Of a stretch of 63,620 nucleotides of DNA, positions 35,228 through 45,204 are shown piece by piece (positions within the stretch are counted from its first letter, which is position 1; each line of letters starts with the position of its first letter). The notes under the pieces are model-generated. The model had not been told where the DNA came from. It saw only the letters and a list, made by a program, of their open reading frames with translations, and made no database searches. Source of the DNA: a bacterium (GTDB lineage Bacteria; Planctomycetota; Phycisphaerae; Phycisphaerales; SM1A02). The stretch lies in contig JBKCZS010000101.1 of NCBI GenBank assembly GCA_046337925.1, positions 1 through 63,620 of the forward strand, given 5' to 3'. A program made the translations under genes and the position numbers.

Positions 35228-35935
35228 TCAGCCGAGCTTGGCGACCGCCGCGAGCACCTCGGCGGCATGGCCTTCGACCTTCACTCGGTCGAAGCGCGCG
35301 GCGACGGTGCCGTCCTTGGCGACGACATATGTCGTGCGGACGATGCCCATGTACTTCTTGCCGTACATGTTCTTCTCCTGCCACACGCCGAAGGCCGCGG
35401 CGACCGGAGGCACGCCGTCCTTGCCGGGAACATCGGCGAGCAGCGTGAGGCCGAGCTTGTACTTCGCGTCGAAGGCCTTGTGGCTGTCGACCGAGTCGGG
35501 GCTCACGCCGAGGATCTCGCAACCGACCTTCGCGAACTTCGGACGGTTGTCGCGGAACGCGCATGCCTCGACGGTGCAGCCCGGGGTGTCGTCGGCCGGG
35601 TAGAAGTAGAGGACGAAGGGCTTGCCCTTGAGGCTCGCGAGGGTGACGGTCTTGCCTGCGGCGTTGACCGCGCTGAACGCGGGCGCGGACGAGCCGACTT
35701 CGATGAGGCCGGTGGCCTTGGCGGCCGCCTTCGGCGCGGGCTTCTTCGCGGGCTTCTTCGCGACGGGCTTGGCCGCGAGCGTGATCGCCTTCTTGGCAGG
35801 CTTGGCGGGCTTCTTGGTGGCGGCCTTCGTCGTGGCGGCCTTCGTCACGGCCGTCTTCACGGCCTTCTTCGTCGACTTCTTCGTCGACTTCTTCGTCGTC
35901 TTCTTGGTCGACTGCTTCTTGGTGGTGGTTGGCAT
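35228..35935 (-). CDS. bcp: Bcp/PrxQ-type peroxiredoxin with a ~75-aa N-terminal Lys/Ala/Thr/Pro-rich histone-H1-like extension
   Basis: YFYPADDTPGCTVEAC (CxxxxC). The N-terminus is MPTTTKKQSTKKTTKKSTKKSTKKAVKTAVTKAATTKAATKKPAKPAKK...AKKPAKKPAPKAAAK. Confidence 0.88.
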   Translation of the reverse strand: MPTTTKKQSTKKTTKKSTKKSTKKAVKTAVTKAATTKAATKKPAKPAKKAITLAAKPVAKKPAKKPAPKAAAKATGLIEVGSSAPAFSAVNAAGKTVTLASLKGKPFVLYFYPADDTPGCTVEACAFRDNRPKFAKVGCEILGVSPDSVDSHKAFDAKYKLGLTLLADVPGKDGVPPVAAAFGVWQEKNMYGKKYMGIVRTTYVVAKDGTVAARFDRVKVEGHAAEVLAAVAKLG

Positions 35936-36004
35936 GGTGCGCGGGGTTCGCGCGCAAGGCGCGGTGGATTCAGCCTGCGGTGCGGCGCGTGCGAAAGGCC
36001 ACTT

Positions 36005-36170
36005 CAGTTTTTCTCACGGAGGCACGGAGGCACAGAGAAGAAAAGAAAAGAGAAGCGAAGAGAAGAGAAGAGAAGAGAAGAACCGGCGAGCAAGAGACTT
36101 TGCCTGCGGGCGACACGACAGAATTGGAGGGCCAGCCCTCCGTGCCTTTGTGCCTCTGTGAGAAAATCCC
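36005..36170. repeat. Second copy of the MITE-like inverted-repeat element with an (agaag)n core
   Basis: Left arm cagtttttctcacggaggcacggaggcacagaga (36005-36038). Right arm ccctccgtgcctttgtgcctctgtgagaaaatccc (36136-36170) is its imperfect reverse complement. The purine microsatellite lies at about 36036-36082. Confidence 0.8.
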
Positions 36171-36210
36171 TCGCCGACCGAGCGCCACCGCGCGGCCAGC
36201 CGAAGACGCG

Positions 36211-37316
<1,106 letters not shown>

Positions 37317-37317
<1 letters not shown>

Positions 37318-38825
37318 CAGTGCGCCGCCTTCCTGAGCTTCGGGTCGATCGCGTCGCGGAGCGCCTCGCCGAGCAGGTTGTAGGAGAGGACCGAAAGGAA
37401 GATCGCGAGGCCGGGGAACACCGCGAGCCACCAGACGAAGGTGCCGGTCGATGCGGTCGCGCTCGAGAGCAGCTTGCCCCACGAGGCCTGGCCGTCAGGG
37501 CCGAGGCCGAGGAAGGAGAGCGTCGCCTCGACCGAGATCGCCGCGGCGATCGCGAACGACGCGTCGACGAGGACGGGCGTCACGCCGTTCGGCAGCATGT
37601 GGCGGAAGAGGATCGCGCGCAGCGGCAGGCCCGTGGCCTGCGCGCCCTGCACGAAATCCTGCTTGCGAAGCTTCAGGAACTCGGCGCGCGTGAACCGCGC
37701 GGCCCCTGTCCACGAGAAACACCCGATGATCGCCATCATCACATAGGTGTCGCGCGGCAGCACGCCGGCGGCGACGATGAGCAGGAACAGCACCGGCACC
37801 GCCATGAAGATCTCGACCACGCGGAACAGCAACAGGTCGATCCACCCGCCGAAATAGCCCATGATCGCGCCGATCGTCACGCCGATGAGGAGCGAGATGC
37901 CGGTCGACACCAAGCCGATCGAGATCGAGAGCCGGCACGCCCACATCATCTGCGCAAGCACATCGCCTCCGAGCGCGTCGGTGCCGAGCCAGCTGCGCCG
38001 CTCGCCGAACTTGGTGCCCGCGAACTCGGCGAGCCGCGGGGTCTCCGCGACGGCGGTGCCCGGCCTGATCACGCTCATGTCGCTCCGCGTGTACTGCGGC
38101 GACCACGGGATCGGCGTCCACACGGCGCGGATCTTGCCGGCGTTCTCGTCCTGGATGTAGCGCTCGAAGTTGATGAGCTTCTGTCCGCCCGACATCAAGA
38201 GAAGCGCAGCCGCGATCATCGCGGTGGCCACGACCGTCGCGATGCGCGGGGTGCGCGTCTCGAAGGTCGGCACGATCATCGCGACAAGGCCGACGACCGC
38301 CGCGACGCAGCCGACGATCGGCCACGGACCGGATTCAAGCCGCGCGGCCTGCTTCAGCCATTCGACGCTCGAGCCGTCGGCCCACTTCGCGATCGAGCCG
38401 GCGAGCACGATGGTCACGCCCGCCTGAAGCAGCGCCACCACGAGCACGCCGAGGCGCCCGCTCCGGCCGAGGGACTTCGGCCCGAACAGTACCCACGGCA
38501 GGCCGACCGCGAATCCGAGCATCAGCAGCCAGTCGGTCGGCGAGAGATTCGAGATGAGCGGCCACTCGACCGCGGTCACGGCGCCGGAGGCGTCGAGCCG
38601 CTCGAGGTAGACCGGGTGCGCGCTCGCGATGACCGGCGCGAAGATCGCAAAGAACGCCACGACCGAGATCCAGGTGATCCCGAACACGGCGCCCTTGCGC
38701 TGCAGCACGCGCTCCCAGGCGTCGGCCCAGAAGCCCTTCGCCTGCTGCGCGCCGACTCCGCGCATCACATCGATGCCGGAGATCGCCTTCGGGGCGGAGG
38801 AGGATGTCGGCTTCGCATCACTCAT
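37317..38825 (-). CDS. OppC/DppC-like ABC permease with a ~200-aa multi-TM N-terminal extension
   Basis: The C-terminal half has the BPD-transport signature (FVQGAQATGLPLRAILFRHMLPN). At 502 aa it compares with ~300 typical. Confidence 0.85.
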
Positions 38826-40350
38826 AGCTCACCCGCGGATCGGCGATCGCATAGAGGATGTCTGCAAGGAGGAGCGCCAGCAGGTTGACGCACGCGATCA
38901 TGAAGGTGTTGGCGAGGATGATCTCGCGGTCGCGCAGGTCGATCGCCTCGATGATGAGGCTGCCCATCCCGGGGATCGTGAAGATGCGCTCGATCACGAC
39001 CGAGCCCGCGAGCATCGCCGGGAAGATGCCGACGAACATCGTGATCAAGGGCAGCAGGCTGTTCCGGAAGACATGCCGCATCACCACATCGTTGCGGGAC
39101 ACGCCCTTCGCCTTCGCGGTGCGCACATAGTCGGCGTTGAAGTTCTCGAGCATCGCCGCGCGCGTCTGCTTCGAGAGCACCGCGAACGACGCGTAGACGA
39201 GGCAGAGGACCGGCAGCGCCACATGCCAGAGGAGGTCGACCAGCCAGCCCATCTGCCAGACGCCGGCGTCGTCCCAGTACGGCAGGAAGGTGTAGGTCGT
39301 CGCGGCGCTGTCATGCAGGCCGCTCACCGGGAAGAGCCCGAGGTACTGCTTGTTCGCCAGGAAGCCAATCGCGAAGACGCCCGCGAGCACGGTCGGGATC
39401 GAGTAGAGCGAGAGGTACATCACGCCCGACAGCACATCGAACCAGCCGCCGCGCCGCGTGGCGGCCAGGATGCCGGTCGGCACCGCGACGAGGTACGAGA
39501 TCGGGAACGCGATCAGGTTGATGAGAAGCGTGACGGGCAGCGCCGTCGCGATCAGGTCCCACACCGGGCGATTCTTCGAGAAGGCGACGCCCAGGTCCGG
39601 CGTGTCGAGGTAGACGGCGCCCGGGATCAGGCCGATGCCGCTCAGCGGGTAGGGCTGCGCCTTGAAGGCGATGTGCGCGCGCTGACGCGCCTCCTCCGCG
39701 AGCGACCACTTCCGATGCATGTCATCTGCGGCCTGGTGCAGCGCGGCGAACTTCGCGTTCGCGGGGTCAAGCTTGAGGTCGCGGAAGTTCTCCGGCGCCG
39801 CACCGCCCTTCGGCTCGAGGCGCTCGGTCCACGGTGCGCCGGCCTCGCGCACATAGTCGGCGAGCACATCCTTGAAGAGACGCGCGCTTCCGATGTAGGC
39901 GCGGCGCGCTCCTTCCGCCTCGCGCTGCAGCTTCTTGAACTCCTCCACCTGCTGCTCTTCCTGCCCCGCGCCGGTGATCGGCGTGAACACCACCGAGGGA
40001 GCCTCCGGCGGCTTGAAGAGCCACGGCATCTCGGGAGCCTTCACCTCGCGCGGCGCGCTCACGCGGTCGCCCGAGGGGTTCCGCAGGTCGCGCTCGCCGA
40101 ACTTCACGGGCGAGATGCGGCCAAGCCATCGGAGGTACTGCACGACGACCGGATCGCTGAGTCCGTAGCGGTCCTCGAGATACGCCTGCATCTGCGCGAC
40201 CTTGCTCGTGTCGCTCATCTGGCCGCCCTGCACCGCAAGGCCTGCGCCGATGCCGCCCGGTGCCAATGCCAGGAGCATGAACACCATGAAGGTGATCCCC
40301 AGGACCGTGGGGACCATGAAGAGGAGGCGGCGGAGCAGGAAGTTGACCAT
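38818..40350 (-). CDS. OppB/DppB-like ABC permease with an enlarged first periplasmic loop
   Basis: MVNFLLRRLLFMVPTVLGITFMVF..., DYVRTAKAKGVSRNDVVMRHVFRNSLLP. At 510 aa it compares with ~310-330 typical. Confidence 0.88.
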   Translation of the reverse strand: MVNFLLRRLLFMVPTVLGITFMVFMLLALAPGGIGAGLAVQGGQMSDTSKVAQMQAYLEDRYGLSDPVVVQYLRWLGRISPVKFGERDLRNPSGDRVSAPREVKAPEMPWLFKPPEAPSVVFTPITGAGQEEQQVEEFKKLQREAEGARRAYIGSARLFKDVLADYVREAGAPWTERLEPKGGAAPENFRDLKLDPANAKFAALHQAADDMHRKWSLAEEARQRAHIAFKAQPYPLSGIGLIPGAVYLDTPDLGVAFSKNRPVWDLIATALPVTLLINLIAFPISYLVAVPTGILAATRRGGWFDVLSGVMYLSLYSIPTVLAGVFAIGFLANKQYLGLFPVSGLHDSAATTYTFLPYWDDAGVWQMGWLVDLLWHVALPVLCLVYASFAVLSKQTRAAMLENFNADYVRTAKAKGVSRNDVVMRHVFRNSLLPLITMFVGIFPAMLAGSVVIERIFTIPGMGSLIIEAIDLRDREIILANTFMIACVNLLALLLADILYAIADPRVSYE

Positions 40351-40380
40351 GGCGGAAGAGGCCGTGCGGCTCGGTCGGTC

Positions 40381-42318
40381 TCAGTTCGCGGCGGGCGTCG
40401 GGGTCGCGCTCGACTTGAAGAATTCCTGCGGCTCGAGGCCCGTGCGGTAGGTCTGCACGTTTCCGAACTCGCGCTTCACGAAGCGCAGCCACGGCGAGAT
40501 GCGGACGAAGGTGTACGGCTGTTCGTCGGCGATCACCGCCTCGAGTTCGCGCCACACCAGCATGCGCTCGGCCTCGTCCATCGTGCGCCGGCCCTTCTCG
40601 ATCAGGCGGTCCGCTTCGACGCTCTTCCACTGGACGAAGTTGTCCCCGCCCTCCTTCGTGCTCTCCGAGTGCCAGATCTGGCGCGGATCGCTCTCGGGCG
40701 CGTTCATGCCCCAGCCCATGGTGATCGCGTCGAAGTCGCGCAGCTTCAACAGCTCCTGGTATCGGCTCCAGTCGACGGGCCGCGTCGAGACCATGATGCC
40801 CGCCTTCTCGAAGCTGTCCTTCACGAAGCGCGCGACGCGCTCGGCGATCTCGCCCGACGACGCATAGGTGTACTCGAAGCGGAACTTGTCGCCCTTGTCG
40901 TTCTCGAGGATGCCGTCGCCGTCGCGGTCCTTCCAGCCCGCCTCGGTCAGAAGCGCCTTGGCCTGCTCGGGGTCGAACGGAAGCGCCTTCACGGCCGGGT
41001 CGCTCGCGGGGCTCTCGGGGTTCATCGGGCCCTTCGACACGATGCCGATGCCATCCCAGATGTCGCGGATCATCTTCTCTCGGTCAAGCAGCATCGTCAT
41101 CGCGCGGCGCACGCGCTTGTCGGAGAACGGCGTCGGCGTCTTGCCCGCGCGCAGGCCCGTCTGCCATGCGATGAAGCTGTAGCCGCAGCGCATGTTCACC
41201 CACTTCAGCGCGTAGTTGTCCTCGACGAAGTCGGGCTCCTCGCCGAGCACCTTGTTGAACTGCGGCGAGGTGGGAAGGATCATCGAGCCCTCGCCGTTGC
41301 GGAAGGCGACGAGGCGACCGAGGTCGTCCTTGATCGACTTGTAGCGCAGGCCGTCGAGCGCCGGCTTCTCGGCCCAGTACATCTCGTTGCGCTCGAGCTC
41401 GACATCCTGCCCGGGCGTCCACTGCACATCGAGGTCGTTCGTGCCCTGCGGCAGGTTCTTGATGCGGAAGGGCCCGGATCCCATGATGAGGCCCGTGGCC
41501 TGGTTGATCTGGCTCGGCTCGAACTTCGAGTAGTAGTGCTTGGGCAGGATGTAGTTTCCGAACGCCGTCAGAACATTCGTGAAGAGGGCGTCGTTGAACA
41601 CGAACTCGACGGAGTGCTCGTCGATGACCTTCACTTCCTTGAGGTTGTCCATCGTGCTGCGAGCACGCTCCGCCTCGACGAGCGGGTTCAAGATGTAGTC
41701 CATGTAGGTCCAGCGGACATCCTCCGCCGTCACCGGCGTGCCGTCGCTGAACCGAGCCTTCGGGTTGATGCGCGCGCGGATCCAGAGGCCGTCCGGATCC
41801 ACCTGCCAGGCCTCCGCCAGGTGGCCTTCGAGCTTCAGCGTCTTCGGGTTGAAGCCGCCGAGGCTCTCGCACACCTGGTCGAGGACGCGCGTTCCGTAGA
41901 CATCGGACGCGATGAAGGGGACGAGCTTCGCCGGCTGCGCCTCGAAGATCTCGGTGAACTCCCCGCCGAGGGCGTAGCCCTCCTGCGTCGTCGGGTCGGT
42001 CGAGGGCTGCGGCGACGACCAGCGCTCGATCTTGACGCCGGGCCGCGCCCAAGCGTCGTTCGCGCCGGCTCCGGCTTGGCTTCCGCCACCGCCCCCGCCG
42101 CCCTGCTGGACGACCACGGTCGGGCGCTCCGCGAATCCCTGCTCGACCTTGCGCTGCAGCGCCGCCGACTGCTTCTCGATTTCGTCAAGCTTGCTGAGCG
42201 CCGACTTCACATCGAGCTCGAGGCGCGTCTTCTGCACCATCGACAACCCCACGAGGAGGAGCACGACGAAGAGGAGGACGAACTGGAAAAGGTCCTTGAG
42301 GCCGAAGCGGTTGTTCAT
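40381..42318 (-). CDS. Family-5 (peptide/nickel) ABC substrate-binding protein, anchored by an N-terminal TM helix followed by a coiled-coil segment and a poly-Gly linker
   Basis: MNNRFGLKDLFQFVLLFVVLLLVGLSMV, then LELDVKSALSKLDEIEKQSAALQRKVEQ, then QQGGGGGGGSQAGAGA, then an SBP_bac_5-like body. An alternative ATG lies at 42345. Confidence 0.85.
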   Translation of the reverse strand: MNNRFGLKDLFQFVLLFVVLLLVGLSMVQKTRLELDVKSALSKLDEIEKQSAALQRKVEQGFAERPTVVVQQGGGGGGGSQAGAGANDAWARPGVKIERWSSPQPSTDPTTQEGYALGGEFTEIFEAQPAKLVPFIASDVYGTRVLDQVCESLGGFNPKTLKLEGHLAEAWQVDPDGLWIRARINPKARFSDGTPVTAEDVRWTYMDYILNPLVEAERARSTMDNLKEVKVIDEHSVEFVFNDALFTNVLTAFGNYILPKHYYSKFEPSQINQATGLIMGSGPFRIKNLPQGTNDLDVQWTPGQDVELERNEMYWAEKPALDGLRYKSIKDDLGRLVAFRNGEGSMILPTSPQFNKVLGEEPDFVEDNYALKWVNMRCGYSFIAWQTGLRAGKTPTPFSDKRVRRAMTMLLDREKMIRDIWDGIGIVSKGPMNPESPASDPAVKALPFDPEQAKALLTEAGWKDRDGDGILENDKGDKFRFEYTYASSGEIAERVARFVKDSFEKAGIMVSTRPVDWSRYQELLKLRDFDAITMGWGMNAPESDPRQIWHSESTKEGGDNFVQWKSVEADRLIEKGRRTMDEAERMLVWRELEAVIADEQPYTFVRISPWLRFVKREFGNVQTYRTGLEPQEFFKSSATPTPAAN

Positions 42319-42411
42319 GGGTCGACTCCCGAGAGGGGCCGACATCCTACCTTCGGCATCCCCGCCCGCTTCGGGCCGCGACGCAAATCCACGATCGCGG
42401 TCGAACGCAGG

Positions 42412-43422
42412 TCAGGCGACCCGGCGGCCCCGCATCGGGTCGAACCGCTCGCGCAGTTCGTCCCCGAGGAAGTTCAGCGACACGAGCGTCAGCGCGATCG
42501 CAGCACAGGGCGCCGCCAGCAGCCACCAGCGGCTTTCGACCGTGTTGAGCTCGCCAAGTCCGTCCGCAGCGAGGTTTCCCCAGCTCGGCAAAGGTTCGCG
42601 GACTCCGATCCCCAGGAACGAGAGGAAGCTCTCGGAGAGAATCGCCGCAGGCACCGCGAGCGCCGCATAGACGGTGATCGGGCCGACCAGGTTCGGCAAG
42701 AGATGCGCGGTGAACTGTCGCGGCGCGCCGACCCCGATCGCGCGCGACGCCTCCATGAAGGGCTTGGCCTTGAGCGACAGCACCTGCCCGCGGATCACGC
42801 GCGCCATGGTGAGCCAGCTCACGCCGCCGATCGCGACCAGGAGCGTCGAGATGTTGATCGCCTGCCGCGCGATCGGCGACAGGTCGGCGCCGCGCCGCTC
42901 GAGCACGCCATCGACGGCGACCGCCAGCAGCACGACGAGCAGGATCGACGGCAGGCCGAAGAGGATGTCGACGACGCGCAACATCCCGGCGTCGACACGC
43001 CCGCCCGACGACCCCGCGAGCGTGCCGTAGAGCGTGCCGACCACCATCGCGATGGCGGCGGCCGACAGTCCGACGAGAAGGCTCACCGATCCACCGGCGA
43101 GAAGGCGCGCGAGCACATCGCGGCCGAGGCGGTCGGTGCCGAGCACGCGGCCGGGGATGTACTGCCCCGCCTCGCGCGCCGACTCGATGCGCGCGGCGTC
43201 CGCTTCGCCGAGCGATTGCCAGATCGGCGGCAGGAGATTCAGCGTGAGATTCGACGCCTCGTAGCGCGAGAGCACGGTGGCGCCGGTCTCGACCTTGCCC
43301 ATCGACCACGGGATCGTGGCGACGCAGGCGAGCAGCATCAATGCAATCAGTCCAAGGCCGATCCGGCCGGCGAGGCCGAGCCTGAACTGCGGAAGTCCGC
43401 GGGCGGCGGGTGCCACCGTCAT
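42412..43422 (-). CDS. Second OppC/DppC-like ABC permease
   Basis: GTDRLGRDVLARLLAGGSVSL and FMEASRAIGVGAPRQFTAHLLPN. 336 aa. Confidence 0.88.
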   Translation of the reverse strand: MTVAPAARGLPQFRLGLAGRIGLGLIALMLLACVATIPWSMGKVETGATVLSRYEASNLTLNLLPPIWQSLGEADAARIESAREAGQYIPGRVLGTDRLGRDVLARLLAGGSVSLLVGLSAAAIAMVVGTLYGTLAGSSGGRVDAGMLRVVDILFGLPSILLVVLLAVAVDGVLERRGADLSPIARQAINISTLLVAIGGVSWLTMARVIRGQVLSLKAKPFMEASRAIGVGAPRQFTAHLLPNLVGPITVYAALAVPAAILSESFLSFLGIGVREPLPSWGNLAADGLGELNTVESRWWLLAAPCAAIALTLVSLNFLGDELRERFDPMRGRRVA

Positions 43423-43467
43423 CGTTGCGTGCTCGCGGTTCCCGGTGCGGTCATGCCCGCATCGTAC

Positions 43468-44304
43468 TCACGGCTGCGGCGGAGGCGCGTCCGGCGGCGG
43501 AGGCGCGTCGGGGCCCTCGGCGCGACGGGCGCCGCGCTCGCGGGCACGCTTCACGACCTCCTGCGCGAGGGCGTCGATGTTGCCGCCATCCCGAGCGAGG
43601 TCCTTGCGCATGCGCTCGATGTACTGCTCAAGCGCCGACAGTTCCTCGGCGCGGGCCGCGATGGTCGCCTCGACCTGCCGCGCCGCGGCCGCGTCGAGCG
43701 CTGCGCGCGCCGCCTCGACGGCCTCGGGCGCACTCGCGGGGTCGCCCTCGAGCTTGCGCAGTTCTGCGATCGCACGCGTCGTCTCGCCCTGGGCGCGAAG
43801 TTCGACGACCTTCGCGGCGAACACCTTGGGCGCGCGCTCCTTCAGCGCCGTCAGCGCAAGAAGGCGCCGGGCACCGCCGCGGAGGGACTCCTTGACCTGC
43901 TCCGGATTCTCCTTTGCGCGCGCCGCGATCATGTCGCCCCACTCGGCGGAAACCTCGCGCGCCACACCGATCACGCGCTCGAGGTCGGCGTCGGTCAGTT
44001 CGCGCCGGATGGCGTCGCCGACCACGATCGTCTCGATGGCGACGCCCTCGGCCATCGGGCGTTCGGGACCGAAGCCGCCGGCACGCGGCCAATCGGGCGC
44101 GGGCGGAGCGCCGCGGAGGCGCCCGCGGCGGGGTTCGGTCTCGCGGCGCGTTTCGGTTTCGCGGCGCGTTTCGGTTCCCTTCTGCGGTGCCGCTTCGCCG
44201 CCCGCCGGCGGAGTGCCGCCCTCAGGCTTCGGTGCTTGCGCCATCGAGACCGAGCCAAGGCCCGCTGCGATCAGGACGCTGAGAATGGAGAGTTGTTTCC
44301 GCAT
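43468..44304 (-). CDS. Secreted, predominantly alpha-helical hypothetical protein
   Basis: Signal peptide MRKQLSILSVLIAAGLGSVSMAQA. An ETRRETETRRETEP repeat, an Ala/Glu/Arg-rich helical body and a Pro-rich tail. I recognise no family. Confidence 0.65.
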   Translation of the reverse strand: MRKQLSILSVLIAAGLGSVSMAQAPKPEGGTPPAGGEAAPQKGTETRRETETRRETEPRRGRLRGAPPAPDWPRAGGFGPERPMAEGVAIETIVVGDAIRRELTDADLERVIGVAREVSAEWGDMIAARAKENPEQVKESLRGGARRLLALTALKERAPKVFAAKVVELRAQGETTRAIAELRKLEGDPASAPEAVEAARAALDAAAARQVEATIAARAEELSALEQYIERMRKDLARDGGNIDALAQEVVKRARERGARRAEGPDAPPPPDAPPPQP

Positions 44305-44343
44305 GGCGTTTCCAGATGGCGTTTCCAGATGGCGTTTCCAGAT
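44292..44343. repeat. 13-bp tandem repeat, three perfect copies plus one degenerate copy that contains the start codon of the downstream gene
   Basis: ggcgtttccagat lies at 44305-44317, 44318-44330 and 44331-44343. The degenerate copy gttgtttccgcat lies at 44292-44304 and overlaps the ATG. Confidence 0.9.
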
Positions 44344-44384
44344 TGTCGAAGGGGTGGATCGCGCCGCGGCGCGCGGCTCGATGG

Positions 44385-45068
44385 TCAGCGCGACGAAGGC
44401 GCGCGCATGACGACCGAAGCGAGTTCCTGCGAGAGCCCGTCGTAGGTGATGTCGTCGCCGCCGAGCAGCGTGCCCGTCGAGAGCAGCGGCTCGAGTTCGT
44501 CGGACATCGCGCCCTCGAACGCCGCGAAACCCGCGAGCGAGCCTCCGCCACGGTCGGCAAGTGCCACGATCACGGCGCTCGCAGGCCGCGTCGCGGTGGA
44601 CGCGTCGAAGGATTCGTCGAGCGCGGACTCGAGGTGTGCGGCCGCCAACGCGCGCTCGGAGCGGACCGCCTCCACCGCGGGCGCGTTCGGCGCCGACGGA
44701 GCGGGCGAATCAGGCCTGACGATCGCCATCTCGTTCTTGTCGGGCGCTCCGCCACCGCGCTGCGAGAGCACGAGGGCGGCGATGGCGCCGAGGCCGGCGA
44801 CCACGGCGATCGCCGCGGCGAGTCGATACAGCGGACGCGACGAAGCGCGCATCGGGCCGATGCGACCGACCACCGGCGACACGGCTCCGAGATCGAGCGG
44901 CCGCTGCAGGTCGCTCGCCGCGAAGATCCGATCGATCCCACCGTCGCCGAGGCGACCGCGCTCGCGTGCGCCGCGCTCATCGAGGAGTCGCGCCATGCCA
45001 CGGAGGTCACGCGGGGTCGCGTGTCCGTCGGCTGGGTCTCCGGGGTTGTTCGGTCGGTGGTCGTTCAT
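44385..45068 (-). CDS. Single-pass membrane protein, candidate anti-sigma factor
   Basis: It lies immediately downstream of the ECF sigma gene. It has one TM helix (LYRLAAAIAVVAGLGAIAALVL). GGAG lies upstream of the ATG at 45068. There is no zinc-finger anti-sigma motif, so the call rests on context. Confidence 0.45.
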   Translation of the reverse strand: MNDHRPNNPGDPADGHATPRDLRGMARLLDERGARERGRLGDGGIDRIFAASDLQRPLDLGAVSPVVGRIGPMRASSRPLYRLAAAIAVVAGLGAIAALVLSQRGGGAPDKNEMAIVRPDSPAPSAPNAPAVEAVRSERALAAAHLESALDESFDASTATRPASAVIVALADRGGGSLAGFAAFEGAMSDELEPLLSTGTLLGGDDITYDGLSQELASVVMRAPSSR

Positions 45069-45204
45069 CTGCGTTGCTCCAGCTTCCTGTGCCGGCGCGT
45101 CGACCATTCAACGCGCGGGGCCTCATGCGATTGCGGGGCGATCGGGGATTCGCGCCCCTCCGCCCACGGGCGACTCCGAGAATGTCGGTCGTCTGCGGTC
45201 GTCA

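Noticed and set aside
35146-35448. Small plus-strand ORFs between the PEP-CTERM gene and bcp, and across the bcp 3' end.
   Set aside because: They have Arg/Pro-rich shadow composition, overlap bcp antisense, and lack an SD or a recognisable domain.
38629-44445. A 1938-aa stop-free ORF on the plus strand, and many other long ORFs antisense to or overlapping real genes (for example 259-1818, 1634-4090, 4094-6874, 8400-11741, 16536-20213, 22320-25277).
   Set aside because: They translate to Arg/Ala/Gly/His/Asp-rich low-complexity sequence with no motifs, and they lie opposite well-supported genes. Their codon position 1 falls on the GC-rich third position of the sense codons, so stop codons (which start with T) are rare. 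The 5.8-kb length arises because four consecutive minus-strand genes share one frame phase.
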